Positions 38,501-47,062 of a stretch of DNA of 64,000 nucleotides are shown piece by piece (positions within the stretch are counted from its first letter, which is position 1; each line of letters starts with the position of its first letter). The notes beneath the pieces are model-generated. The model searched no databases. It saw nothing but the letters and a program-made list of their open reading frames with translations, and had not been told where the DNA came from. Origin of the DNA: Thermoplasmatales archaeon (lineage in GTDB: Archaea > Thermoplasmatota > E2 > UBA202 > JdFR-43); assembly GCA_014361195.1 (NCBI GenBank), contig JACIWA010000002.1, positions 4,310-68,309 on the forward strand, given 5' to 3'. A program made the position numbers and the translations under genes.

Positions 38501-41418
38501 GTTGCAAAGTTATATGGACTGAATTCAACATATTCAAACTCTCCAGCATTCAAATCAATTGTTTTATTCTCACCAAAGACAAGAGTATATGTAGGTGTTG
38601 GCTCGGTTATTATCTGATATATTGAGCAATTTACATTTATTCCTGTCTGGTGTGTATTTCCAAAGTTCTTTATTGTTGCATTAACCGCATGGCTTCCAGT
38701 ATTCACTGTTCCAGTTGGATAATTAATTGTTTCAACTCCAACATCAGCTAAGTCATTTACTTCCACTGTTATATTCTGATAGTTATTCTTTGGATACTCA
38801 TCTTCAAATTCAGTTAGTTTTACTGTTACATTTATTGCATATAGTCCTTCAACGCTTACACTCCATGGAGCAAATTCAACAAATGTCTGCTTTCCGGAAT
38901 CGAGACTTATTGTTTTTTCATCATAATGAACAAGCTGTGCATCATATGAATAAACAATTACATCATCAACATACATTCCTTCGGAATTATTAAAGGCGTC
39001 TGATACAAATGTGAATTTAATTCTAACCTGATTTGTTAAATTAACATATGCCTCTATTGGCACATGCCATACCTGCCAAAACGGGGTATAAAGCATGTTT
39101 GTTTTTACCTGAACCCATGTTGAACCATTATTATCGCTAAGATATATTGTTCCATAGTCCCTATATTCACGATAAAATTCTCCATCTACCCAATACCAGA
39201 ATTCAAGCATTGCATGATTTAATCCACTTAAATCAATTGGCTTTGAAATAATGCTATCATTTGCATTTGCCCTATATGATGCTTCATCTGTACATTTGAA
39301 TGAATGAGTTGGGCTATTATATCTTGCTGTTGATATTGTCCAGGTATGACCGTCACCATTTCCATCTATCACTGTCCAATTTGCGGAGCCACTTTCCATA
39401 TCATCATAGAAATGAACAACTTTTGTTAATTTATATATTGAAAGATTTACATCAAAATTATTCTGATTATTTAGTCCTGTATTTTCAATTGTTGCATTTA
39501 CAGTATATGTTCCTGTTGCAATAATTTCTCCATCTTTTGGTTCATTTATACTCTTTGCTCTTACATCATTATTATGCACAAATCCTTGCTTGATTTTAAT
39601 TTCTGGATCACCGAGTAGATTTAATTCATAATAGCACCATCTCATACAATTCTGCTGTAGGCGATATAAATTATCTTCTTTTGAGTCCTGATTCGCCTTT
39701 CCTATTTCTCTTATATTTTCCCCATATACCGCATCAAAGAATTCCCTGTCATAAGCCTGAGATGCACCATCTGTACTCCTTTTAGTAGCCCATCCATAGT
39801 TTGCATTCATTATAACCGCAAATGCCCCGTGTTCTGACGTAACAAGTTCTTCCCCAATACAATCATCTTGAGTAAATTCACCAGCAAAGCATCCTTGAGA
39901 ATATAAGATAAAATATCTTGTATTTCTAAGCTGGATAACATCCGGGATATAAAATCTCATTACATTATCATAGCTTGCATGTCCTAAGTGATTTACTATG
40001 TGTATTCCGGAATTTATTACATTCGCCAAGTCTCCTGCCGACCAAGTATATGTTGTACTATCATATAATGTGATTATATTATATTCATCCCCTGGAATAC
40101 CAACTGTATAATAGCCATTTGCATTTGAACCATTTCTCATCTCTTCTTTATAACTTGAACCATAATCTGCAATTCCTCCTCCTCCAATGTATTCAGCACA
40201 AAACAGGACATTATGCAAATATGAATCCTCCGATGTATCATATTCAAGTGTTTTCCTTACAAAGTTCGCAAGTTCTACTGCATTATCAACAGGTGCTCTT
40301 CCAACATATACTTCCGCCCTCAAATCTACTTCTTTCCCTCCTTCTCCATCATTTGGTTCGCCCCATTTATCATCTCCATCATAGTTATAGCTTCCATCAA
40401 GACATGCATAGTATAAATCGCACGGGATATAATCTGTAAGACCTCCTGCATACGTCTGAACCCATAACTTTCTCACTGGAATTACTTCTCTTCCATCATC
40501 CGCATCTCCTCCAAGCAAAACATACTGGGTATGCCATTCCTGATATGCCCATTTTATGAAATTCCTTATTTTTTCTGCATTATCTACTCCCGCAAAGTTT
40601 GAATATATCCATTCAACTGTTACAATTGTTGCATTCATTCCCTTTGCAATTTTTGAATTCATTAAAGTGGTGAAATTGTATGTTCCAGGTGTATTTTTCA
40701 ATGCTTCTGTTGTTATAATAACATATTCACAGCTATGGCTCGGATTTAATGGATAAGTTAAAACTTCTCTTGGATTATCAACCGTTTTTGTAACAATTTC
40801 TCTATCTTCTTCAATTCCTCTGAATAGCTCATTTACCTGCCCATCTTTCAATTCAACAACAAGCTCCATAATTGGATATAGATATAGTTCTTGAGTTGAT
40901 GGATTCCATTGAACTGGATAAAGATTTATTGTAACTATTGGAAAACCACGCATATATTGAGTTGTTACTTCCTTGTATAGATAGCCAGGATATACCTCAC
41001 TTGATTTATATATTTTTTCATTTTCTTCTATTTCTGGAATTTCATCGCTTCCTATTTTAACTGGCGGTAGCTTTGGAGCCAATTTTGCTTTTCCAATTAA
41101 AACTGGCTCTCCCGCGTTAACTTTTATTTCCTTTACTTCTGTTCCATAAGGAAGTAATACATTCACTGGCTTAACAGGTATTTCTGGCTCACCCGCATTT
41201 CCTGTTTTTGGCAAATCCATGGCAACGCTTGCATAGTTTTCTCCTGCAAGAAATACATTTTCAAGCCTTGGCTTTATGAAATCAAATTTCATTCTTATTG
41301 GCTGTTTTATTACTTCATCTTTTGTTATTGTTTCAAAAGAGTACGCAACCGGGTTTATGGAAGTCATTAATAAAAACAACACCACACACGCGCTTATTCC
41401 TATCCTTTTTCCTTTCAT
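32593..41418 (-). CDS. giant secreted C25 gingipain-like protease/adhesin (propeptide, catalytic, 9 CARDB-like modules with 6 nested jelly-roll domains, Ig domains)
   Basis: Signal peptide, GGAGG RBS; YVLLGGD, DLYY, VGRAP, NHLGH, QGC, LLGDP; repeated D.GV.SINYP...NATVKN.G...DE...ND modules; FE.G...W...IDD domains. Confidence 0.92.
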   Translation of the reverse strand: MKGKRIGISACVVLFLLMTSINPVAYSFETITKDEVIKQPIRMKFDFIKPRLENVFLAGENYASVAMDLPKTGNAGEPEIPVKPVNVLLPYGTEVKEIKVNAGEPVLIGKAKLAPKLPPVKIGSDEIPEIEENEKIYKSSEVYPGYLYKEVTTQYMRGFPIVTINLYPVQWNPSTQELYLYPIMELVVELKDGQVNELFRGIEEDREIVTKTVDNPREVLTYPLNPSHSCEYVIITTEALKNTPGTYNFTTLMNSKIAKGMNATIVTVEWIYSNFAGVDNAEKIRNFIKWAYQEWHTQYVLLGGDADDGREVIPVRKLWVQTYAGGLTDYIPCDLYYACLDGSYNYDGDDKWGEPNDGEGGKEVDLRAEVYVGRAPVDNAVELANFVRKTLEYDTSEDSYLHNVLFCAEYIGGGGIADYGSSYKEEMRNGSNANGYYTVGIPGDEYNIITLYDSTTYTWSAGDLANVINSGIHIVNHLGHASYDNVMRFYIPDVIQLRNTRYFILYSQGCFAGEFTQDDCIGEELVTSEHGAFAVIMNANYGWATKRSTDGASQAYDREFFDAVYGENIREIGKANQDSKEDNLYRLQQNCMRWCYYELNLLGDPEIKIKQGFVHNNDVRAKSINEPKDGEIIATGTYTVNATIENTGLNNQNNFDVNLSIYKLTKVVHFYDDMESGSANWTVIDGNGDGHTWTISTARYNSPTHSFKCTDEASYRANANDSIISKPIDLSGLNHAMLEFWYWVDGEFYREYRDYGTIYLSDNNGSTWVQVKTNMLYTPFWQVWHVPIEAYVNLTNQVRIKFTFVSDAFNNSEGMYVDDVIVYSYDAQLVHYDEKTISLDSGKQTFVEFAPWSVSVEGLYAINVTVKLTEFEDEYPKNNYQNITVEVNDLADVGVETINYPTGTVNTGSHAVNATIKNFGNTHQTGINVNCSIYQIITEPTPTYTLVFGENKTIDLNAGEFEYVEFSPYNFATEGNYAINVSTSIAGDEDTTNDYKNITLEINDIYDAGVKSINYPTGIITTTKTHKVNATVKNYGTVPLSNVPVNCSIYQIINVINEGFEGAFPPAGWTNSGWNLRQNYEHGGGNNSIYSSASAGNKYLRTSGISLLNKKYILEFWMLRTATPNANQYVNISINQGGGWIKLLSIGYSTLNGMTRGKWYKFSIDLSPYAGSTVSIEFNHYATGSGATIHIDDVLLYYPELMFWEDRTINLNSGEEKPIEFSSVTFSESYYILNVTTNWTSPPDENAANNYKETTFEVRDIYDMGITKISYPVSVLPAGSYVVNVSVKNFGNVDQSSIPVNCSIYKINTVIINESFEGTWPPSGWANQGWSRSSAANHTGNYSASSSSSVINYYNLTTPAISLGSGNFLLDFWARKDGNNLGNGQYLHVDVGYTSTGPWVTLLDINYDILQGMLNNVWYKFTVDLSQYNGSTIYIRFQSRTAGVPSASAVRIDDIVIYSTNFVSGEDKTVNLNADEEKYIEFSSYNFAEEGDYLIVVKTNLLTDEIKGNDTSSIITKIWNIDDLGATSINYPTGTISVPSPPEIRAIATIKNFGNIPQSDFRVNCSIYKLISGTQLFFENFESGLPSGWTIVDGGTDDVYPGTSIPATWTDKDPGNKGAKDGCDGKFMIVDSDAFGSGTKYMDEQLITPELNFASQTGVILEFDHYYYHSSGSWGRVDIRVGSTANPWITIANFTSTTYGHMTYDISAYAAGQSRVWIRWYYNDSGTWAWYWEVDNIRLVGTPTYSYVFGDDEICALLNAGEETLIEFGSWSITTGAGNYLINVTTLLIGDEFQSNDYTTTIVFLQGVYDAEVKSINSPIQGIYLPGTSFKVNATVKNVGAANLTDVKVNCTIRNSTNAIVFGEEVIISSLMGNEERYVEFSDWSTLVEDVYRINVTVLVTGDENPDNDYKEILVDINNLYDVGVVSINYPTGTQFTGSYAVNATVMNFGNVPVGAFTVNCTIRNSTDAIVFTNEKSVSGLNVGQQTYVVFDPWTVSIEDTYKINVTTKLTNDEDNSNDYKEITVIINDIDDVGVTSINYPPAVAPTGSHAVNATVKNFGNVNKANVPVNCSIYQFNTLLFSEGFEESFPPVGWLNGGADGGWLRGQIYQHSGIWAAYSYAATGGDRYLVTPVISLGEGNYALVFWLLRLSRTALPGEYLHVDVGATQNGPWTTIFELDNSSISAMSSYTWYQFVADLTPYANQNIAIRFYHHSLSTSGATLYMDDISINTLNLVFGEEKIVSLINSYNTTYVQFSPCNFSTEGDYILVVKTLMSGDENILNNVKSSIVKICNFYDVGVSAINYPTPGIYQPGDYAVRATVKNYGTLSATFDVVCTIYGLGKVVVMQDDIESGENNWTHGITSGVDLWHISTRRYASQNHSWYCGNETTGQYENNMVDFLISPKLDLSDTTQALLKWKQWCNLESNRDYAYVCASPDNYTFYVIKRYTGSSGGWKEEEVDITSYINATTHKINIAFIFTSDSSGTLEGWYIDDVEITKIGMGSVIYSETLSVNNLVFMAEKEITFPPFTAEENSVYIINVTTLLAGDENPANDAKEATMSTYNEPPVTTCSCFGPLGCNNWYVGPVTISLSATDVPGVAYTRYRINGGAWQNYTSPVTVSTEGLYTVEYYSVDTLGSTEQVKSCTFGIAYSMPVTTCIIDGLLGENGWYTSDVTIKLVANAYICGVKETYYRIDGGSWQKYTAPITFSAEGTHTIEYYSVSNACITETPAKITTFKIDKTKPSVRVIYPNGGETLGGIITIRWTASDNIGIAGIDLLYSGDAGLTWNVIASNIPNTGSYNWNVAGLPYGSNYMVKVVAKDNAGNVASDTSDGTFTIGMPSPPTVSITKPRNALYIFDREIIPLPMPVIIGGITVEATASSSIGIAKVEFYIDGVLKFTDTSEPYSWLWDEFIIGTHEIKVIASDSIGQTAEERISVFIINF
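35236..38700. repeat. near-identical intragenic direct repeats between CARDB modules
   Basis: 35236-35280 vs 38656-38700 (44/45 nt); 35504-35544 vs 35834-35874 (40/41 nt). Confidence 0.8.
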
Positions 41419-41552
41419 TTTTATTCGCCTCCTATTTATGAGGAGAAAGACATTTCCTAAATATAAATGAGATATATTAATTTTGTTTGATAAGGATTAA
41501 CAAATATCACGGATAAAATATTTCGTTTTCTAAATCATTTTTTCACAAAAAG

Positions 41553-42326
41553 TTACAATCTAAGCTTCTTTGATTTCCATTTTTTATAATAATTATATGC
41601 ATCCCATATGCTTGGAATTCCTATTATAATAAAAAGAGATATGCCAAGACATATCCATTCATCTCTTGGAGCAACCGCCTTTCCTATCCACACCGCATCC
41701 TCTCCATGATATCCATTTTCATTTCCAAAAAATACAAGTTTTATTAAACCAAACCAGGGTATTTCACCTCTAGCCTTTCCTAAAATCCATTCTGGCTTTA
41801 CTGGCGAGCTTAATTCAGTTGCCTGGTCGCTTAAATTTCCATTATTGTCTCCTTTTGTGATATATCCGCTATTAGGTGGCTTATAATTTCTTAACTCAAG
41901 CTCTGGAATTGTTATGCTTTCCTGATTGTATATTCCATATTCCTTTACAGTATATGTTCCATCACTATTTTTTTCAATCCAGCAGATAGCACGATGAATT
42001 ATAGGTGTTGCTTTTTTATTTCCATTTGGATAATATATTATAACATCTCCATAGTCACGATATGTAATATATCCTTTTTCCCTTCCTTCCTCTCTTGTAA
42101 TTATATCCTTTGCCTTTTTAACCAAAACTAAATCTCCTGGATCAATTGTTCCTATTTTTCCAAAAGGAGCATCGCTATGCATCATTGAACTTGATGTGAC
42201 AACCACCATTGGAGAATGAGGAAATTGTCCTGTATAACTCCATAAAATTACCAATATTATACATATAAATGAGACCGCTACAACTATCTCTCTTATAAAT
42301 GAAATTATTTTTTCTCTTTCTATCAT
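41553..42326 (-). CDS. signal peptidase I (S26B, archaeal Sec11-type)
   Basis: V.S.SM, GDLV, GDVI, IIHR, TKGDNN, IPW.G. Confidence 0.9.
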   Translation of the reverse strand: MIEREKIISFIREIVVAVSFICIILVILWSYTGQFPHSPMVVVTSSSMMHSDAPFGKIGTIDPGDLVLVKKAKDIITREEGREKGYITYRDYGDVIIYYPNGNKKATPIIHRAICWIEKNSDGTYTVKEYGIYNQESITIPELELRNYKPPNSGYITKGDNNGNLSDQATELSSPVKPEWILGKARGEIPWFGLIKLVFFGNENGYHGEDAVWIGKAVAPRDEWICLGISLFIIIGIPSIWDAYNYYKKWKSKKLRL

Positions 42327-42763
42327 AACTTCCTCACCTTTATTTTGCTTTCCTCAAGTATTTTTTCTGCAAGCTCATCAGGATAATCATTCATATATAT
42401 TAACTCTTTTATTCCCGCATTTACAAGCATTTTTGCGCAAACACTGCAAGGAAAATCAGTAACATAAATAGATGCATCTTTTATTGCAACTCCAAAAACT
42501 GCTGCCTGAATTATTGCGTTTTGCTCCGCATGCAAGCCCCTGCATAGCTCATGCCTCTCCCCCCTTTTTATCCCGAGTTTCTCTCTCAAGCAACCAACCT
42601 CGCTACAGTGCTTAAAACCTTTTGGAGCGCCATTGTAACCAGTTGATAAAATATGTTTATCCTTTACTATCACCGCACCAACATTTCTCCTCAAACAAGT
42701 TGACCTTTTTGCCACAATTTTTGCAATCTCCATGAAATATTCGTCATAGGACATTCTTTCCAT
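42323..42763 (-). CDS. dCMP deaminase family
   Basis: RSTC.R..VGA, GYNG, HAEQNA, PCxxC; start reset to 42763. Confidence 0.9.
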   Translation of the reverse strand: MERMSYDEYFMEIAKIVAKRSTCLRRNVGAVIVKDKHILSTGYNGAPKGFKHCSEVGCLREKLGIKRGERHELCRGLHAEQNAIIQAAVFGVAIKDASIYVTDFPCSVCAKMLVNAGIKELIYMNDYPDELAEKILEESKIKVRKL

Positions 42764-42835
42764 GAGGAAATATAATGATACATTTTTAAACTTGCCCAAA
42801 AAATTTAAATACTAAAACTGGATATAGTTAGCAAA

Positions 42836-42958
42836 ATGATAGCAAAAAGATGCCCTGAGTGTGGATCGGAGATGAAAGGTCATTCTTTTAATGGTAGATT
42901 ATACTATCTCTGCCAGAAATGCGGGAAGGAATTAATAATTCCTCTACTTTACCTGTAG
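42836..42958 (+). CDS. 40-aa CPxCG zinc-ribbon micro-protein
   Basis: MIAKRCPECGSEMKGHSFNGRLYYLCQKCGKELIIPLLYL; TTTAAATA about 25-30 nt upstream; not in ORF track. Confidence 0.7.
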   Translation: MIAKRCPECGSEMKGHSFNGRLYYLCQKCGKELIIPLLYL

Positions 42959-43801
42959 CTCGATATTATAAATCTTTTCTGGATTCTCCTTATTTATAAT
43001 CATAGCATCTTCATAACTCATCTTTCCCTCTCTCAAAAGCTTCTTTATTTTCAGGGGTATTGTTTTAAGGGAAAGCACCGCCCCGGGGCGCCTTAAATCA
43101 TCGAGATAATCTGTCTCAAGCATAAAGCGGTGCCCTTTGTTTATTGCTTCCTCGATATTTTTTTCACTTGCGATTACTGAAGGAAAAACTCCAAAATTTT
43201 CCTCCTCTTTTATTATTGGCGGAGAAAAATGCTTTATTACCTTATCTTTTTTTATTCCTATCTTTTTTGCAATTTCTGATATCTCTTTCATATTTGATTG
43301 ATTTGCTCCCTCCATATGAAGTATTACTGGTACATCTATATCTTTTGCAATCTCTATACCATATTTCATAATTTCATTGCTTTCAATTAGCACTTCATCA
43401 CTCACTTTAAAATGGGGTCTTCCAATTTCCCCAATTGCAATCGCCTTCCCTTCTTTGCAAAGCTTTCCAGCTTCTTCCATACCTTTTTTCATCAATTCCA
43501 TTGCCCTCTCTTTTCCAAGGATTTCCCTCATTTTTATATAATCAACAGGGTATGGACCAACTGAAAGAAATATTTTAACATCAACTTTTTCCATTGCAAA
43601 TTGTGCAATTTTTAAGCCTCTTTCATAGCATTTCAAATAACTTTTTTCCGCAATTATTTCTTTTACATCGGTATATGGACAATAGTTGAGATATTTTCCT
43701 CCATGTTTTCTGAATTCTTTTATTTCCTCTATATATTTTCCATCTTCTCTGAGATGCATGTGATTATCAAAGAATGATAAATCAGTAATCATATATCTCA
43801 C
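42944..43801 (-). CDS. TatD-related metal-dependent hydrolase
   Basis: DNHMH, GEIGRPH, LH.E, IKHF, ETDYLDD..RPG. Confidence 0.85.
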   Translation of the reverse strand: MRYMITDLSFFDNHMHLREDGKYIEEIKEFRKHGGKYLNYCPYTDVKEIIAEKSYLKCYERGLKIAQFAMEKVDVKIFLSVGPYPVDYIKMREILGKERAMELMKKGMEEAGKLCKEGKAIAIGEIGRPHFKVSDEVLIESNEIMKYGIEIAKDIDVPVILHMEGANQSNMKEISEIAKKIGIKKDKVIKHFSPPIIKEEENFGVFPSVIASEKNIEEAINKGHRFMLETDYLDDLRRPGAVLSLKTIPLKIKKLLREGKMSYEDAMIINKENPEKIYNIELQVK

Positions 43802-45041
43802 CTTTCATTATTTCTCTCAGCAAAGAAGTTGCATAGCATCCTTTTGGAAGGAAAAAGTCAATAAATAAATTATTTTCCTCTAGCCTCCATTTCAAATTTT
43901 TTATTGGAACAAATATTATCCTTCTCATTCCTTCGCAGGAAAGGAATGGCAAACTCTTTACTTTGAAATCCTCCTGATTTATTCCCTCTTTCTCTATTAT
44001 CATTCTTTCTATCTCCCCCATTCTTCCTTCCGCGAAAAAGCTATTGTAACCAAATATAATTGCTGAAGGGTAGCACTTTCCCTTTTCAATCTGAGAATTT
44101 ATTTTTTCTATATTATCTTTTGTAACAACTATCCCATCCTTGCTCTGTATTTCTCCCGTAAAAGGAATAACTACATCTCCTTCAATTGCTTTGTTTATTG
44201 GTGTTCCTTCTTTTATTCTTTCAGATAAAATTTTATTGAAAAGGTATGACTGGTAGGCATGTACAAATATTTTTATTAAATTCTTAGGCAATTTTGAAAT
44301 TGCTCCAATCCAATCATCTTTATTTTTAGCTAAATGCATTATTATCCTCCTTTCAAAAATTAATTTTTTAGGATATATCTCCAAACTTTTTTCAAAATCC
44401 TCAGTCTCTTGCAAAAATTTCCTTGCCCTATAACTTTCTTCATCCTCTCCCTCCATAGGATAGCTGATATATGTCATAACCGCCTTCTTCAATTCATTCT
44501 TTATTATATATTTCCCAACAAGATGCGTTATGGGGCGGGTGACGCCAAATCGCTGAACCCCAAAAAAGTTCGGAAATCCTCCAATTTGCAATATTTCATT
44601 CATTACATTTTCAACATTTTCGTATCTCCCATTTATATCTCTTACAATAATATGAAAATAATTACCTAATAAATTTCCTCTATAAACTTTTTCCCTTGAT
44701 TTATATAGTATGTCTATATTTACATCCCTCAATTTTATTTTCTTAAGGTTGTCAATGCTGGTTGGGAAGGACATGATTTGGGAGGTTATTGCTCTCTTAT
44801 CCTTTATTCCAGCATATCCTACAGAGTTAGAAGATATTTTAAGTGAAGAGGCAAGAGCTTCTATAAGGCGATTTGTCTCCCAGTTGTATGATTTTACTCT
44901 TGCTATAACAAATTTTCCATCTCCAGGCTTAGGATAGACAGGCAATTCTTCTACAACAAAATCCTCTGGATATTTCTTTATTTTTCCACCTATCTTGGGT
45001 GATTTTGTCAAAAATACTTCTATCCCTATACTTTCTTCCAT
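43782..45041 (-). CDS. truD: tRNA pseudouridine(13) synthase
   Basis: PEDFVVEE, AGIKDKRAITSQ, NFFGVQRFG, AYQSYLFN, LPKGCYAT. Confidence 0.95.
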   Translation of the reverse strand: MEESIGIEVFLTKSPKIGGKIKKYPEDFVVEELPVYPKPGDGKFVIARVKSYNWETNRLIEALASSLKISSNSVGYAGIKDKRAITSQIMSFPTSIDNLKKIKLRDVNIDILYKSREKVYRGNLLGNYFHIIVRDINGRYENVENVMNEILQIGGFPNFFGVQRFGVTRPITHLVGKYIIKNELKKAVMTYISYPMEGEDEESYRARKFLQETEDFEKSLEIYPKKLIFERRIIMHLAKNKDDWIGAISKLPKNLIKIFVHAYQSYLFNKILSERIKEGTPINKAIEGDVVIPFTGEIQSKDGIVVTKDNIEKINSQIEKGKCYPSAIIFGYNSFFAEGRMGEIERMIIEKEGINQEDFKVKSLPFLSCEGMRRIIFVPIKNLKWRLEENNLFIDFFLPKGCYATSLLREIMKGEIYDY

Positions 45042-45302
45042 TTACTCCAAACAGCCCTGCAGTTCTTCAATTTCTTTTTTAATTTCTTTTATTGCTTTCT
45101 TCAAAATTTTCTTCGCATCTCCTTTACTAACTCTAAGGTAAAACTCTGGATTTGATATTAAAGGATGCTCAACTCTCCAATCAGCATATTCCACCTCTTC
45201 ATACTGCAATAGTTTTTGCTTCAAAGGATTTAAAATCGTTTTTTCTCCTATTATTTCAAATTCTATTTCTCTTTCACTTTCTTTTTTTATTTTTATTTCC
45301 AT
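45042..45302 (-). CDS. rpoL: RNA polymerase subunit L (Rpo11)
   Basis: GE.T..N.L, VEYA...EHPL; follows csl4. Confidence 0.85.
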   Translation of the reverse strand: MEIKIKKESEREIEFEIIGEKTILNPLKQKLLQYEEVEYADWRVEHPLISNPEFYLRVSKGDAKKILKKAIKEIKKEIEELQGCLE

Positions 45303-45881
45303 TTATATCACCCTATCAATATTTCCTGAGCCATAATCATCTGCAATTTTCCTTATCTCTATCCTACCGCATACTTTGCACTCAAGAATATTATTTTTTC
45401 TTATAAGTATATTTCTACAATTTGTACAAAACGCTTTTATAACTCCTAAATGGCTATCCTTTGTAGAAAAATTGATTACAGGATCCACTCTTGTAATTCT
45501 TGCTCTTATAATATCTCCTACTCTAAATTTACTTTTAATATCATCAACAAATTCTGTATCAATATTTGATATAAAAATTGCCCCCTCCTTTTCGCCAGCA
45601 ATCTCTCTTTTTTTACCTGCCAAATGGAGTATTTTTGCAATTACAATATTTTCTCCAATCTGCTTTATTTCGCATATAACAATGTCTCCTTCTTTCAATA
45701 CTAATGGTAAATCTGTTAATGGCTTTACAGTTGCTTTCATTTTTTCTCTCTCAATGATAAATTTACCAACTATACTTGCTTTTATTACTCCACCTTCCTC
45801 ATAAGTTCCATTACCCACGAGCAACTCTTCAGTTGTTGCAATTTTCTCTCCAGGTATAACAATGCTACCTTCCGCAATCAT
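45303..45881 (-). CDS. csl4: exosome RNA-binding subunit Csl4
   Basis: V.PGE...EE...G.GTY, S1 domain GDIIRA, C-terminal CxxC..CxxC..E.RK. Confidence 0.92.
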   Translation of the reverse strand: MIAEGSIVIPGEKIATTEELLVGNGTYEEGGVIKASIVGKFIIEREKMKATVKPLTDLPLVLKEGDIVICEIKQIGENIVIAKILHLAGKKREIAGEKEGAIFISNIDTEFVDDIKSKFRVGDIIRARITRVDPVINFSTKDSHLGVIKAFCTNCRNILIRKNNILECKVCGRIEIRKIADDYGSGNIDRVI

Positions 45882-45919
45882 TCTTGAAAATATCTTTTCT
45901 GATATTTAAAATCTTTTGG

Positions 45920-47062
45920 TTACAATTCTTTTGCAATGTATATGTTATGTTTATTTTTTACAATTCTTGCATCTACAAATTCTCCGATCTTTTTATTTGT
46001 ATAAATACTTACTACCCTATCTCTAGCAAAAGAAAGCATTTCATTCTTCATTCTTCCTTCCATTTCTAATTTAAATTTAAATTTCTCGCCAACTTTAAAT
46101 TTTTTTGGCAACACCCTACATTTAACTATGCCAAAATCAACTGGATAGAGATGCAAGCTTTTATCAATTTTTTCAATTTCTTCATAAAATCTTTTAAAAT
46201 CTATAACTTTTATCCCCTTTGGTTTTCTACCGAATTTATGTCTGATATACTTTTGTATCCCAAAGGGCTTCCATCTCTTACCCGCTCCTATTCTTTTTCC
46301 AAATTCTATTATTTTCAATACTTCCTCATCATTATAATTTATTAACCAAACTGGTGCAAGAAGCAAATCTATACTACTTGATGCTATCTCTTCCGCCACC
46401 TTCATTACATGCTCAACATTGTATTTGCACCCCGCTATTTTTTCCGCCAGATTTTTATCCAACGCATTTATTGAAAGATTTATTCTATCTAAATGTCCTT
46501 CAAGCCTCCTTATTTTTTCTTTATTAAGCAAAACCCCATTTGTTTGTATTGATACAATATCTGCAATCTCCTTCAATCCTTTAATTAATTCCTCAATATA
46601 TGGATATAAAAATGGCTCGCCTTGCCCATCTATGTGTGCCTCTATAGAATTGCATTTCTTCCTTTTCATTTTTACAATTTCCTCAAATTCCCTGAGAAGA
46701 TAATCAACATCTACCATATAATCAACAAATCTTGTTCTGCTTTTTCCTTCATCAACTGAGCAATATATGCAATTTAAATTACAACCAGATACTGGCCTCA
46801 CTTGAATAATATTTGTATCCCTATCTATAAGTCCAAAAGAAGTATATCCAATTAATGGTATCCCACTTTCTTCAGATATAAAATATAATTTCCTCTTGGT
46901 AACAGCATTATAAACCTCTTTGAAGGGACATAGCCTAATAATATCCTCATCTTTGTATTTTCTGCTATCTCTTTCATAAACTTTCCTGTCTATTCTTACC
47001 TCTATTATATCATAAACAAGAAAAATTACCTCTTCCTTATTTAACACTTTTCTGTATTTCAT
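45920..47062 (-). CDS. radical SAM protein with C-terminal TRAM-like domain
   Basis: FGLIDR.TN, CNLNCIYCSVDEG, DGQGEP, QTNG. Confidence 0.85.
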   Translation of the reverse strand: MKYRKVLNKEEVIFLVYDIIEVRIDRKVYERDSRKYKDEDIIRLCPFKEVYNAVTKRKLYFISEESGIPLIGYTSFGLIDRDTNIIQVRPVSGCNLNCIYCSVDEGKSRTRFVDYMVDVDYLLREFEEIVKMKRKKCNSIEAHIDGQGEPFLYPYIEELIKGLKEIADIVSIQTNGVLLNKEKIRRLEGHLDRINLSINALDKNLAEKIAGCKYNVEHVMKVAEEIASSSIDLLLAPVWLINYNDEEVLKIIEFGKRIGAGKRWKPFGIQKYIRHKFGRKPKGIKVIDFKRFYEEIEKIDKSLHLYPVDFGIVKCRVLPKKFKVGEKFKFKLEMEGRMKNEMLSFARDRVVSIYTNKKIGEFVDARIVKNKHNIYIAKEL

